NCBI GenBank assembly: GCA_964016885.1
Contig: OZ024745.1
Span: 67,332,001 to 67,396,000 of the forward strand
Direction of reading: 5' to 3'
From: Eledone cirrhosa
Lineage: Eukaryota
Length of the DNA stretch: 64,000 nucleotides
The position numbers were made by a program, and so were the translations under genes. Position 1 is the first letter of the stretch, and every line of letters begins with the position of its first letter. The notes under the pieces are model-generated. The model did no database searches and was not told where the DNA came from. It worked only from the letters and a program-made list of their open reading frames with translations. Below, one piece after another: positions 27,666 through 42,156 of this stretch.

Positions 27666-28262
27666 CAAGGTTTAGCAAATAAGAAAAAGTTTTAAAATAA
27701 ATTTTTAAAAGTTCATTGTACCTGCTATAACTACCCTTACTGTGCGGTTTTAAGTCTCAAAATAAATGGATAATCCATGCGCAAATTCATTGAGAAGAAG
27801 ACTTTCGTCAGAGGGTTCTTCTCACTCGGAGAATATAAAATTCCTGAGTTCAAATCACGAACTGGCGCCATACAGAACTGTTCCCAGATGAGAGTGTATG
27901 ATGAAGAAACAATGTTGTCTAGTGCTGTGTGTAAAGATAGAAGGCAGGGACGGAAAGGTCAATGTACTGCCACTAGAAATAGCAGCAGTTAAAACGACCA
28001 AAATGTTATCTCGACCAGGGGAGATTAATAATAATAAAGTATGTTTCCCTACATGCAAAATACATATAGGGACACATGTATTATCCAACCGTATGCCAAT
28101 GTCGTTCTATGGCAGGTTAATAAATTAACGAGCCAGAACATATATAATCAAGGTTTAGCAAATAAGAAAAAGTTTTAAAATAAATTTTAAAAAGTTCACT
28201 GTACCTGCTATGGTTACTCTTGCCGCGCGGTTTCAAGTCTCAAAATAAATGGATAGTCCATG
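27661..28262. repeat. ~120-bp direct repeat pair
   Basis: ataatcaaggtttagcaaataagaaaaag...ggata(a/g)tccatg at ~27661-27780 and ~28145-28262. Confidence 0.8.
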
Positions 28263-28311
28263 TATATATATATATAAATACATAAACGTACACCTCACAC
28301 GCACACACACG

Positions 28312-28372
<61 letters not shown>

Positions 28373-28940
28373 GTAATACTGGAATACAACCCAAACAAAA
28401 CGGTCCTCGTAAAAGCATTAAGTGCTTCGAACAGAGCGCCGCCTGTAACTGTTGTTACACACCTAACTAATATATATATATATATATAAATATATATGTG
28501 TGTGTATGTGTGTGTATGTATGTATGTGTATGTATGCATTTGTTCTTCTTACTATTTTCCCTCTTTTTCTTTCCTTTTTTTCTCTCTTTTTTTCTCTCCT
28601 TTTCTCTTCTAATTCTCCTGGTCTTTTGATTAAGAAAAGGCCTCGGGCGCTCCCGATTGCTACAGATGTCCTGTAAATAAGCGCCGAAACATCTGGATCG
28701 CGGATTTTTACAGCTGACGAAGTATTCTTTCTTCTTTTCTCCTCTTGTTCTGTCCTAACCACCATCTTAAACCTTGTTTTTAGTAACCACACAGCTCCTT
28801 TCGTTTCGTATCATTTTATATATATATATACACCTCTTCACCACTAATTGATTTGACAGATATCTTTAACCCATTGGTACCAAACATTATTTGGTCAGTA
28901 GTTCGTGTGTATGTGTATGTGTAAGTATATATATATATAT

Positions 28941-29005
28941 ATATTGTTATACTTTGGGAGGGTCATGTTGCCAATAAAGAATCTTGCTAAACAAATTCAG
29001 AAACG

Positions 29006-29008
<3 letters not shown>
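28941..29008. mobile_element. Minimal family C insertion (short arm fused to inverted tail)
   Basis: atattgttatactttgggagggtcatgttgccaataa joined to agaatcttgctaaacaaattcagaaacgaaa. Confidence 0.8.
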
Positions 29009-29069
<61 letters not shown>

Positions 29070-29731
29070 TTGTGTGTGTGTGTCTATATATGTATGTTTG
29101 TGTGCATGAATGAATACACTAAGCTTTAGATTTAGTAGAATGTACAACCACTGATTCCAGCTATTTCCACTATCATATATTTTGGTTTCTAGTAATTCCC
29201 TGGGGAATTGGTTGACCAAATGCTTTGCTTAATTGTTATATTTTTTTTATTTTATTATTTTATTCTTTCTCTTAGATTTCAGGTATTTTTTTAAAGCTAA
29301 GCGTTGTCTCCTAAAATACTACAGTGGTCTCTGCAATGCTACTGCGGGCTCCTGCAATGCTACCGTTGTCCCCCTAGGGCCAACTTGCCATATATATATA
29401 TATATATTATTTGTTAAAATAATCAAATTCAATTAATTCAACAGTTAAACACACATAGGAATAATCAGGTTGTTACCAAAGAGCCAGATTGACAAGTCGA
29501 CCCTAAATATGACTAATAGCTCTAGGAAAGCCAAGAACGACTCCACGACTTTTTAACTTTGCGTTTGAAAGTAGGTTCATAATTATTAATTTTCATTAGA
29601 CTTTAGTAGGAATCATAGACGGTGGTGATCCTGGTCTGAAGTTCGATCCTGGTCAAAAGTAGGGTTCCCGGTAAGCCTTTCTTTTTTTTCTATGGGATAA
29701 AATAAAAACTGAAACAAATTACATGAACGAC

Positions 29732-29800
29732 TTGACCTCCAGGATTGAACCCAAGACCAGGATCTCCACCGTTTCTAGTACCTACCACTAGTCCACCGAG
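29732..29800 (-). mobile_element. tRNA-like (SINE head) sequence within a diverged inverted repeat
   Basis: Reverse complement ctcggtggactagtggtagg...gggttcaatcctggaggtcaa has A/B-box-like motifs. Confidence 0.5.
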
Positions 29801-30158
29801 ATAGCTACGAAAATCTACTGAAAAATTCATACTTATAAACCTACTTTCAAAATTTTCAAAACATGATGTGATGTCGTTCATGTCTTTCTAAATGTTATTG
29901 TTCCTACTTAAGGTCGACTTCTAAATCATTTGGATGTTCCATAAACTACATCCGCGTTTTGTTTCTCATCTATCTAGACTATATTTTAAGCTGTAATCCA
30001 TGATTCATTTCTGCTGCACCACATTTCACCCCTACTCTATCTCTCTCTTGTTCTCTCTGCGATATTTGAATCTACTATGATTCATATATATATATGTGTG
30101 TTTTTACATGTCAGATTCAAACTTATAATGATTTGCATTATATATATATATATACACA

Positions 30159-30189
<31 letters not shown>

Positions 30190-30371
30190 CAAGAAGAAAG
30201 CTAATAAGTGTAGTCTTTGTCAATGCCCAGAACCGCTCCTAAACCATCGTTGCTCATACATTCCAAGATCCTTCTATAGAACGCCATTTTTGTTTTCTAG
30301 TCACCTATCCCATTGTTCAGCTAATAAAGTACCGTGGATGCCTGGCAGCTACAATACTCTATATCTATAAT

Positions 30372-30515
30372 GTGGAGAATTGGCAGGATCATTAGAACGT
30401 CGGATTAAATGGTTTCACTATTCATTTTGACTTCAAACCCAGCCGTGGTGAACTTTACTTTTCATCATTTCGGGGTCGATAAAAAAAACTACCAGTCCAG
30501 TACTGGTGGTCGATT
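30372..30515 (+). mobile_element. SINE family A, diverged
   Basis: ttggcaggatc...ttcaaaccc...tttcatcatttcggggtcgataaaa. Confidence 0.7.
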
Positions 30516-30545
30516 GTATTTCTGTATCTATTTCTCACTCCGCTC

Positions 30546-30619
<74 letters not shown>

Positions 30620-30784
30620 TCTATCTATCTATCAATCTATCTATATATCATCTATATATTTCTCTCTGGAAGAAATCGGCTGTAATCCGACCTGGAGAGA
30701 TGAGCTCTGCTAAGTTTTAAAAATGCCCAAGCCACGGTGTATGTCACTACGTCGTCCCTGCAACTTCATCGTGACTTACGGGCC

Positions 30785-30858
<74 letters not shown>

Positions 30859-30867
30859 TAGAGATAT

Positions 30868-30986
<119 letters not shown>

Positions 30987-31458
30987 CTGTCTAAAGCCAT
31001 TGTTGAGACTCAACACGTAGTAGAAAATTCAGTCATTATCGTATTAAATGTGTAAAACATCAATATTAACGATGATGATAACGATATGGAAGAGGACGAG
31101 AAGGAGGATATCACAAAATATATGTAAAAAAAAAATAATAGCAAAAATATATGGAAATCTGTTGCAATATTGTTCAATGAAATCTACTGTAAATAACAAT
31201 TGAGACCAAATTTTACCTGGAGCCTAATGTTATCGGTTAACCGAAATAACGTCTAACATTGTTAATCGCCCCATATTCAGAATGTCAGTACATTATCTAA
31301 TAATGAGTATTTTCTTAAATATCCGTTAAAACATACTATAATCAATACCACGCGCACAATTTTATTTCAGTCGACGATTTGTATATATATATATATGGGG
31401 GGGGGTATGTGTATTGCTCTGTCTCTCTCTCTCTATATATATATATACAAAATTTTAT

Positions 31459-31524
<66 letters not shown>

Positions 31525-31529
<5 letters not shown>

Positions 31530-31860
31530 AAAAAAAGATGAAATCGAAAATGCAACTGGAGTCTTATTTTTTTTTAAATATATTTATTTATTTGGTTCCT
31601 TTACCGGTTTCGCAGTTCTTCTGCTTTTCAAAAGTAGAGTTGTGATGGAGGGTCTAGAAAAATCACAGACCCTCCATCTCAACTCTACTTTTGAAAAGGA
31701 GAAGAACTGCGAAACCGGTAAAGGAACCAAATAAATATTTTTTTTTTTTTTTAAATAAGACTCCAGTTGCATTTTCGATTTCATCTTTTTTTCTTTATAC
31801 TTTCACTCGTGTAGGACACCTCGGTTATTTTTCATTTTGTAAAAAAACCTCACTTTATAA
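31525..31860. mobile_element. Hammerhead-bearing fold-back insertion in (TA)n
   Basis: ~130-bp arms 31525-31656 / 31666-31799 plus ~60-bp tail. Confidence 0.85.
31688..31723 (+). ncRNA. Type I hammerhead, U3-A8 core variant (mirror copy 31599-31634, - strand)
   Basis: ctt-TTGAAAA-g(c/g)ag aagaa ctgc-GAAA-ccgGTA-aag; palindromic stem III accggt. Confidence 0.7.
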
Positions 31861-32118
31861 TATATATGTATATATATATATATATATCAAATATATAAGA
31901 ACCGTAGAGCAAATATTTATTAAAATAACAGATTAAAGTTTAAGCAAAGAATCGCTGCTTTCACCCTTAACGGGAAACTAACAAAGTCAATCTGTCAACG
32001 CAGAAGTGGATATTTCAAAAAACGTTGCAACCGGAGGAAGACAGGAAGACATATTTGATATATATTTATCTTTATCGAGCCCTCTTTGGATTTTAGTCTT
32101 CAAATTTATTATTATTAC

Positions 32119-32158
<40 letters not shown>

Positions 32159-32594
32159 GATAAATCTACCGAAATATACGGTAGTGTCCAATCCGTATGA
32201 AGAACTCAATGTAATCCAAATATCATGAAAAGAGAAGATGCATTCAAAAATTTTCGATGAAAATCATAGGAAAACAGAGTCAAGATAAATTAATAAAAAC
32301 AATGAAATAAAAACAAAAAACAAGTTCCTTATATTAAAAAATTCATCATTTTACGATTGTTTCTAGGATGTATATATGTGTTGGTATGTATATCATATAG
32401 ATCTATGTAAAAATATTACAAATTATATATATATATATATATATTATAAAATATAACAAATTATATAGATAATAATATTATATTATAAATTATATCTATA
32501 TATATATATATATATATATATATTACAAAATATTACAAATTATATATATAATAATATTATATTATAATATTACAAATTATATATATATATATAT

Positions 32595-32686
<92 letters not shown>

Positions 32687-32692
<6 letters not shown>

Positions 32693-32923
32693 AAAAGCCA
32701 TACAATGCATTAGAAAATTAAAGGTGCCAAGATAACGATAGAATTTTACCGTAGAAAATTTAATAATCCCAAATATTTTTAAAAGCCCATTATCAAGGGA
32801 GTATCTCTGTGAACGTCTTAAAGTACCGGTCGGAGATGAGTTGTTGTTAGGATGGCAGATAAAATTCTATCGTTATCTTGGCACCTTTAATTTTCTAATG
32901 CTTTGGTTGGCTTTTAAAATTAT
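32687..32923. repeat. ~60-bp inverted repeat next to (TA)n
   Basis: cattagaaaattaaaggtgccaagataacgatagaatttta and its reverse complement at ~32860-32900. Confidence 0.8.
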
Positions 32924-33280
32924 TTCAATTTATATTTCCTATTCAACAGTGTTTCAAGCAATCTACAACTCTGTTATATATACATATTTGAAAATAGGAT
33001 TTAGAAACACCATGGAAGTATATTTAAAGAATCTTTTTTTTCTTCTTTAATCCAACAAAATGTTATTTTCGAAAAAAGGAGAAAGCATTTTTTGGAAAAA
33101 AAAACGGGTTTTATAAAATATATAAGATATTACTGGTTTTAATGTAATTCATCTTATCAAATATTAGATTTAAATTAAAATTTATATTTCGTCTTGTGAG
33201 ATAAGTGAGTTATAAGTATTTCAAGCCAAATTGGCACATTAAAGACCTTGGTTGGAGCCAAACTCATAACTTAAATGTGT

Positions 33281-34300
33281 GCACTTGGCTAATAAATGAA
33301 TAGAAGAAAGTATATACTTGGCTAATAAATGAATAGAAGAAAGTATGTACTTGGCTAATAAATGAATAGAAGAAAGTATGTACTTGGCTAATAAATTAAT
33401 AGAAGATAGTATGTACTTGGCTAATAAATGAATTGAAGAAAGTATGTACTTGGCTAATAAATAAATAGAAGATAGTATGTACTTGGCTAATAAATGAATA
33501 TAAGATAGTATGTACTTGGCTAATAAATGAATAGAAGATAGTATGTACTTGGCTAATAAATGAATAGAAGAAAGTATGTACTTGGCTATTAAAGGAATAG
33601 AAGAAAGTATGTACTTGGCTAATAAATGAATAGAAGAAAGTATGTACTTGGCTAATAAATGAATAGAAGATAGTATGTACTTGGCTAATAAATGAATAGA
33701 AGAAAGTATGTACTTGGCTAATAAATGAATAGAAGATAGTATATACTTGGCTAATGAATGAATAGAAGAAAGTATGTACTTGGTTAATAAATGAATAGAA
33801 GAAAGTATGTACTTGGCTAATAAATGAATAGAAGATAGTATGTACTTGGCTAATAAATGAATAGAAGAAAGTATGTACTTGGCTATTAAAGGAATAGAAG
33901 ATAGTATGTACTTGGCTAATAAATGAATAGAAGAGAGTATGTACTTGGCTAATGAATGAATAGAAGAAAGTATGTACTTGGCTAATAAATGAATAGAAGA
34001 TAGTATGTACTTGGCTAATAAATGAATAGAAGAAAGTATGTACTTGGCTATTAAAGGAATAGAAGATAGTATGTACTTGGCTAATAAATGAATAGAAGAG
34101 AGTATGTACTTGGCTAATGAATGAATAGAAGAAAGTATGTACTTGGCTAATAAATGAATAGAAGATAGTATGTACTTGGCTAATAAATGAATAGAAGAAA
34201 GTATGTACTTGGCTAATAAATGAATAGAAGATAGTATATACTTGGCTAATGAATGAATAGAAGAAAGTATGTACTTGGCTATTAAAGGAATAGAAGAAAG
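33281..34300. repeat. 33-bp minisatellite, ~31 copies
   Basis: Unit gtacttggctaataaatgaatagaagaaagtat. Confidence 0.95.
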
Positions 34301-34595
34301 AACATTTAAAGCTGGCAAGTGTGCGGATAGAACCCTGATATGCGTGTTATTATCCAAACGCTTTAAATGACGTAAATAACCTCCATTGTTTTTGCGTTAG
34401 AAATTAAAGGGTAGGTGAGACAAGCATGACACTTTATAAACTGTTATCAATATGTACTTTATTCGTACATATATGATTGTATTCGAATGTTTCGGAATCT
34501 TCACATATATGTATGCATGCATATACATATATGCATATGCATACACATACATATATACATACACATGAATTTATATGTGTGTGTGTGTGTGTGTG

Positions 34596-34652
<57 letters not shown>

Positions 34653-34678
34653 AACACGCACACACATATATATATGTA

Positions 34679-34733
<55 letters not shown>

Positions 34734-35127
34734 TTTGATCCATTGCCTTCAGGTACAGAGAACTTCAAAGCAATTTTATACTTCTACTGTCTCATATATT
34801 GATATTGATGCCATGAGCTACCTTCTTTGACTTTAAATGCTGTAGAATAAACTAATCAATAGCTTATCAGATTTATACTTGCATGAATTCTTATAAATAT
34901 GTAGCCAACAACAGTAGGTGGTTAATTTCGAATGGAATGTTTTCTAGAATCAGGGCCTATTCACTCCAGCTCATGACTGTTCGCCATATTTGAACTTTTC
35001 CTTTAAACTTCGTTCTTTCCTGGTACATCTATGATTTAGTCACAATTTATTGCAGATAGGTCGAAGAAACATTCATTTGTGGTGTGTTCTTTCTAAATAG
35101 TTTATGATCCCTGAATGCAATAATGAT

Positions 35128-35278
<151 letters not shown>

Positions 35279-37889
35279 ATAATAACACAAGGAATGGTTA
35301 TTCTTTATTTGCCACAATGGCAAAAATAACAAAAGCAACGAATAACAAAAATAAACACAATGAACAAGTCTTAATTGAGGTGGGAGGGGAGGTAGGTATC
35401 TAGTACAAATCAACAAAATCTCTCAAAACTTGGTTCCCCGTCCAAAGGCAAGCGTTTTCTCTCAGCTATCGTTCTCCGGTCTACATGAGCTTGCTCTGAT
35501 GTACTATCACCCTCTACTCCGTCTCACAGCATTGGGAAATTTCCCACTCTGCTGTCAGTTGTTGTAGTAGATATCTGCTAAGTCATCGATTAATAAGTCT
35601 GGCTTAAATACATAAAACTCATAGGATAGATCATCCAAATCAGTCGGTCAATCTCTCGTGTAGCCACTGACCGCCATTTCAGCAGCTGTTATCGCTTTTT
35701 CGGAGCCAATCTGAGAACCACGAGAAAGCATTGAAGTAGGAACTAAATCCACTACAATCTCTGGTCAGCTACTCAACCTGAATATTTCAGCAAAGTGCCA
35801 TGCGGAAGTCCTACACATATACTCACATATATTCGCAATCGGGTATGATTTGGTTGTATATTGACTATAAAAATTATTCTTTGGGCAGATGACTAATATT
35901 TTGCAGTGTGAGATATATATAGTCAAGATCGAACCATATCGATGAAGGAAATCAAGGTTTAAACAAAGTTATTACCAAAATCGATAATTCGTGATTTATA
36001 CTAATTACTGAGATCAAAATTTCCATTCTCCTTTTTCGGCTTCCAGAAACAGATCTGTCTATGGGATAGCAAACCATTATAACATCTTGAAGTATGAATT
36101 TTTATTTATATATTATTTGTTCTGTATATTCGGTTCCGACCATTCATTTTGTTTTGAACCGTTTTCGTTTTTACATTTGAAAAGAGGGTCTTAGCCCTGA
36201 AATATTATTTTGAAATATACTGGTTAAAACATTACTTTGTTTTATTTTGTTTGTCATCCTTTGCTCTTTATATATTTTACCACATTTTACCGGCTCTCTG
36301 AAACTTATCAATTGTTTATTACATATCTCACAATACTTCATATTAACTATACTATTATATTTTCTACTGCATATTTCATTAAATGTTTGAAGCGTAGTGT
36401 ATAAAGACTCCCTGCTACTGCCTCTTTGCATTTTAATCGTTTCTTTGCGAGAAAGCTCGTATTTTGATCATGACTATATTTTGTTTCTTTGGAATTTAGA
36501 AACTGTTTTGATGTTAATATTTTTTGTTTTGTTTTGTTTTTATTATTTGTTTGATATTTCTCTCTCATGTTATAATGTATCATCATTCCAATATGTTTTG
36601 CTTCTTTTAAATTAGAATTCTGAAATTAATTATAGTTTTAATTCTGAGTAAAATATGAAAAATATTTGTATTACTTTTGTTTACGCTTGTATGTATAATG
36701 TGTGACTATGAAGTTACATTCGTGATAGTAAATGTGGTTGAAATAGTAGAACAGTGGCCTAAATAAATGAAGTACACCATCTTTATTTCATTCTTTTAAG
36801 TAAAAGCTATAGTAACGAAAGGAGCAAACGAGACCCAGTCTAATAACGTTTTATTTTCCGAGATATCATATTTAATCACTAGATTATTATAAAGTAAATT
36901 TAAAATATTTCGTTCTATACTTGGTTGTTTTATTCTCCCTAAGTGATTCTTCAATTATTTCTGTTCGTGATAGCATTCAACTTTAAGAGGCTTGCCTGTT
37001 TTTGCAGAAATCACGTAGGATCACTTGATATAAACTTCATTACAAGTGTTAAAACTGAATAGAAATTCAATATTCCATTAGTTCCTTGCATTGCGTTTTG
37101 TTACATTATTTTGTATTATGTGGCATTCAATTTTTTACAATTTAGTGGCTGATAAATAATTATCTAAAATAATTTTATGAAGATTGTTTGAAATTCTTTT
37201 ACATTTCTACAGGCTTCCGTCTTTGGATTATGAGTATGCTCGGGCACCGCTTTTATAGGAGTTTAGCCAATTATATCTACCCTAGTGATTTGTCTGATTT
37301 TATCGGAATCTATTTATACGAAATGTCTTGCAGATAAATCAATAAGATATTTTCAACACTGATAGAAATTATTTCATAATAGTAGCATAACGAAATAAAT
37401 TTCCTGGAGATGCCACCATTAACTGAGATGTAGTCAGCGAACAGAGTGCCATGATGAGGTGGGGGTGAATATCTTCAAGATTTGATGAAAAATGTTCATG
37501 CCTGTCACCACACACAGCAAATGTTCTGTAGCGAATAAATTATTTAGAACATTACAGCTTTTCCTCAAATGAAAAATATTGAAGCAACTTAAATTGCATG
37601 TATTTTGTATCACTACTCTCGGCTCTGTGTGTGTGCGCGTGTGTGTGTGTGGGTATCTTTTATTTATAAGTGTGCATGCCACTCTCTTTTCTGTTGGCAG
37701 TATTGGCAACATGACCATACCCAAATATATACATATATAATCTACCAACTCATAATATTATATTATAAAATTAAATTAAATTATTTACAATTAGAAGTGA
37801 AGTCCTTCTTTTCCTTTTTTTTTCTAAATATACCTAACTGAACCAAGGATCCCACACATTTCCAATATATGTATATATGTGTGTGTGTG

Positions 37890-37969
<80 letters not shown>

Positions 37970-38143
37970 GATACTATTTATAGTTATGTATATACTAAAA
38001 ACAACTATAAACAGGAAAGGTCAGTAATTTATTACTACCTTATTACCAGTAAGAGAATTAGTTCAATGTAAGAACATCAGGTGTTTTACAGAGCAGGAAT
38101 ATAAATTACACAATTATCAAAGTTATGTTCAAATCATTTTATT

Positions 38144-38188
38144 GCTGACAATCGTTTCTTCCAAACTTTCGTTTGGGGTCATCGGAGC
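38144..38188 (-). ncRNA. Type I hammerhead (CCGAUGA core); second copy 42386-42430
   Basis: gct-CCGATGA-c-cccaaac gaaa gtttgga-a-GAAA-cgattGTC-agc. Confidence 0.75.
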
Positions 38189-39160
38189 ATTAGCAATGTT
38201 TGTACATATAATTAACCTCCTATTCAACTGAACAATCATATAGATACATATATATTGATGTTGCAAACAACAGTTTCGTATTTACAGGGTGGAATGGATG
38301 CGACATATATTATACGAGAATTGTACAATAATTCAGATTAAAATTAAAAGCACAGAGTGGAATACATACAACAGATAATACAAGGAAATAGTCTAATAAT
38401 TAAAGAGGCATTAAGGAAGAATGAGGTCACTAGAAGTACATATGGAAGCGTGTAGAGAGTGCACATGCGTTAGTCATATATATGAAGGAAACAAGCAAAG
38501 GTATTAGGCATAAATAAATACTGTATGGCAAAGGTATCACATAAAATAACAGAGGTATACAAGCATATCAAGCAAAGGTGTTAGTATATTAAAATGATGG
38601 TGGATGTAATGTGATGATTGTTTCTGTAGTGTTCAAATGTGTATGTGTTGAGTGTATCAAAGTTATTGTTATCTTTTCCATTACATATGTTAAATTATAT
38701 TTTAGTTAATGTTTATATTGAATGTTTTTAGTTAGTTATAGCAATGGATTGTAAATTAGTCTTATTGTATCCATGGATTAGAGTTGTTCTACAGCGAGTT
38801 TTTCTAACTGTTTAATTTCCGGAAGTGAGTATGAGATCCAAAATTAAGGAGAGCTAATGCGTAAGGGGAGGTAACTAGCTAATTAAATTAAATTAAATTA
38901 TATAAGAAAGTATCAATTATTTAAATTCTTTGCTCTAATATACATTATATTGTGTTACAAGTGAATCCCTTCTATATAATGTTATTTATTTATATTTAAT
39001 TTTAAATACAGTCTATTTTCCTATAATACATTAAAGGTCTCATTACATTGTTATCTATACATTACTGGAGAAGATATAAGTTATGGAAAAATGTATAGCT
39101 GTTTACAGGTCCAATTAGTTAAATCTCTTGTGTTATTAATATACATTATATTTGTTAAAG

Positions 39161-39345
39161 GGTGGTGGCTTGGCAGTATCGGTAGAGGGTCGGACGCCAT
39201 GCTTTCCAGCATAGTTACGTCCCTTTGCGGTCTGAGTTCAAATCCCACCGAGGTTAACTTTGCCTTTCATCCTTACGGGGTCGATAAAATAAAGTACCAG
39301 TAATGCACTGGGTAATTGATGGCCTTGTGCCAAAAGTAGAAACAA
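39161..39345 (+). mobile_element. SINE family A nested in the PLE 3' UTR
   Basis: A-box tggcagtatcgg, B-box gagttcaaatcc, ~15-bp imperfect TSD attatat(t/ta)tgttaaa. Confidence 0.9.
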
Positions 39346-39699
39346 TTATATTATGTTAAAAGTTAATCCATTATATACAATGCTATTAATTTATATATTT
39401 AATTATAAATGTATATATAATTTATTATCACATATTACATTAAATGTCTCTACATATTATATATCCATTACTGTATATAATATAAGTAAGCTTTAGTAGT
39501 TATATTAAAAGGTGGTGACTTTATGTTTATTTCTAATAGTTATTGTAGAGTATAAGGTTTGAGATAAATAGGAGTTATGTAGAGGAAAGAGCTGATCAAA
39601 GATTGTGATGCTGTGGGGGCTGATAAGTCCTAGAGGTGAAGTGTTAATGGTGGTGATGGTGGTGAGGAATTCAAATCTGACATTGTTATATACTAGCAG

Positions 39700-42156
39700 C
39701 TAGGTTTAAAGTTATGGAATGAGTGTCGGTAGTGGTGCTGGCATGAGGAAAATACCTCTTATTTTCTATTTAGAAGGTCTAGTTTCGAAAAGATTATAGT
39801 ACGGGTCTCTAGAAGACAGAGGTTACACAATTTATTCGGTGGTTTATACGATGCAGCCCTACCTACTATTTCCCATTGAAGTGTATATGGTCTATTCCTA
39901 GTTTTCAGAGAGTGTATGTAGCTAGATAAAGAAGTGGAGTTGGCTATGTGATTTTTGAAAGAGTGGAGGTGCGAGTTGTATCTCGTCTTGAAGTAGTTCG
40001 AAGTTGAATCAATATATGTTTTAGAAGAGTTGTTTGTGTTGACCGTGCATGAGTAAATGATGTCTTTGATTAAGCAATGTTTACCTAAGGGGCAAGTTCT
40101 ATTTGTTCTACAGTTACAGTTATTCCGGTTGTTTGCTTGCCGGTTACTATGTTGTGTAGAAGTCTGGTTGCTACGGATAGCATTAGGGTAATGATGGTTG
40201 TCGTTCCTATTGTTAATGATTTCATTAGTGCTATTACCATTATTATTATTGCTACTAGGATTTACAGGTACTATGTTGTTCTGTAAGTTTACCCCCTGTT
40301 GTGTTTTAATTAGTTGGAAATAATTATTAATCTTCCTTTTATTACTACTAGCTATATGGTATGCGATGTTAGGTGTGGTAGAGTAAGAGATTTTAATGGT
40401 ATTTTTATTGATAAGATTATGGCATTTGTGACCGGTTGGGAAGCTTTTTTCTAGGATTGAGAAGAAAGCCTTAGGCAAGTTCGTAGAGTCGTTTAGATTG
40501 AAAGGTGGATTGAAGAATGTATTAGTTCTTCTTCTATTTTTATTTTTTGTAATGTTTTTTTAGGTATTTGTATTTCTGTTTATATTATTATTGTGGTGTT
40601 TATTTTGGTAGGAGTTAAGTTTAATATTACCCTTCGTATTAGAGTTAGTGTGGCTAGTACTTTTATTATTTTTCCTCGTGGCCATATTGTGAGAAATAAT
40701 GTTGTAACTATGTGATTTTATAGATAGAAATTCAATCTCCTTTTTTATGGCCTGATTTAGCTAAGGCCTCATTATAGTATTGGGAATTATTGTTAAATAT
40801 GGTTTCGTTAAATGATAGATTAGAGATTCTATTAGATATTCCTTTAGTTTGAATTTAATATGGATTTAGGGTGGTTAGAGTTGGTATCTACATAAATTAG
40901 TTTTTCGTTTGGTTTATGAAAGGGTGTATTTATTTTAGAGTCCAGGCAAAGGGTAGCATCAAGGAAGTTAACATGTTTAGTGTTTTTATATAAGGTGATA
41001 CTTAAGTTAAAGTTTTTGAAACTTTTATGTAATTGTTTCCTAGTTCTTTCTATATTAAATTTGTTATAGTCTATAAGGAGTAGTGCATCATCGCGGTATA
41101 AGCCACCATTGAGGTAGGGTAGGTTCTTATGAATTTCATTTAGTAGATATAGGCCCACCAAATCACTGACCTGCGCCGAGTCACTAGATCCCATAGTTAT
41201 GTCAAAGTTGTTATGTGTATCCTTGCGGGTCCATAATTGATCTTCAAATGTAATTATGGTTGTTCGGGTCGCAAGGATGACATCAATTTGGGATCTAGTC
41301 ATGTCACTATTGTTCAAGGCCATAATTAATGCCTTATTTAACAGGATAAGGGAAATAGAGGTGTAGTATGAATTGATATCAAATTGTATAAAAAAAATGT
41401 TTTATTCTCTTTAATATCCTTGAACCATTCAATAACTTCACCTGTATTTCCCCACTGGTTAAGATATATTTTGTGCTTAAACTGTGGGATGATTCTATCT
41501 AATATTTTCTGGCTGATAATACCAATGTCAGATTTGGAAGGGAAAATTAGTCTTATCGAAGGGTTACTAATGAAGTCTTCTTTATGGTCCTTCAGAGAGA
41601 ATCTTGGGGGGTTAGGGGTGTATGACTGTGTATGTCTCTGAAGACCTAATTTACACACTATACTACGGCCTTCTATATTTATATCTTCTAGGTTTTTAAT
41701 AGTAGTTTTCTTATAGCTCCTATGTAGTTCTTTATATATAAATTTTCTATATGTATCGTAATCTAAGCTATATATATTATTAGTTTTATCTGCATGTACT
41801 AGAATTTTTCTTTTTTTTATTAAATCCTTTAATAGTGGAGTTAAGGTTGTTTAAGAAGGTGTTGTTACTATAACGATGTTTTTTGTACCTTATGTTCTTA
41901 ACTAGTTTTATTAGATCATTTTCAAAAGAGTTTAATAAGGTGTTGTGGGGAGGGCTTTTAAAGGTTTTAAAGCCGTAAGAGTCGAAATTATTTGTATCTC
42001 TGTTTTGTCTGATCGGTTTCTATCGTAATGGAATGTCCTCCAACTCACTCTATGGATAAAAGAGTTGACTCTATTAATCAATAATTTTTCATATGTATCT
42101 CTGGATGGTATTGGTATGTTCTTAGTAGACATAGGAAAGTAATCTTTGATTAGCAT
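39700..42156 (-). pseudogene. Naiad-like PLE ORF (RT + GIY-YIG)
   Basis: STKNIPIPS, ADKTNN, LKDHKEDF, FDITMGS.DSAQVSDLVGLY, GGLYRDD, FNPPF, CNCRTNRTC, IIYSC...TYI(D)ST, CNLCL.E; frameshifts and stops. Confidence 0.9.

Noticed and set aside
37213-37233. 21-nt micro-exon after a good acceptor
   Set aside because: Overlaps what looks like a degenerate SINE end (atgctcgggcaccgc), and the donor is weak
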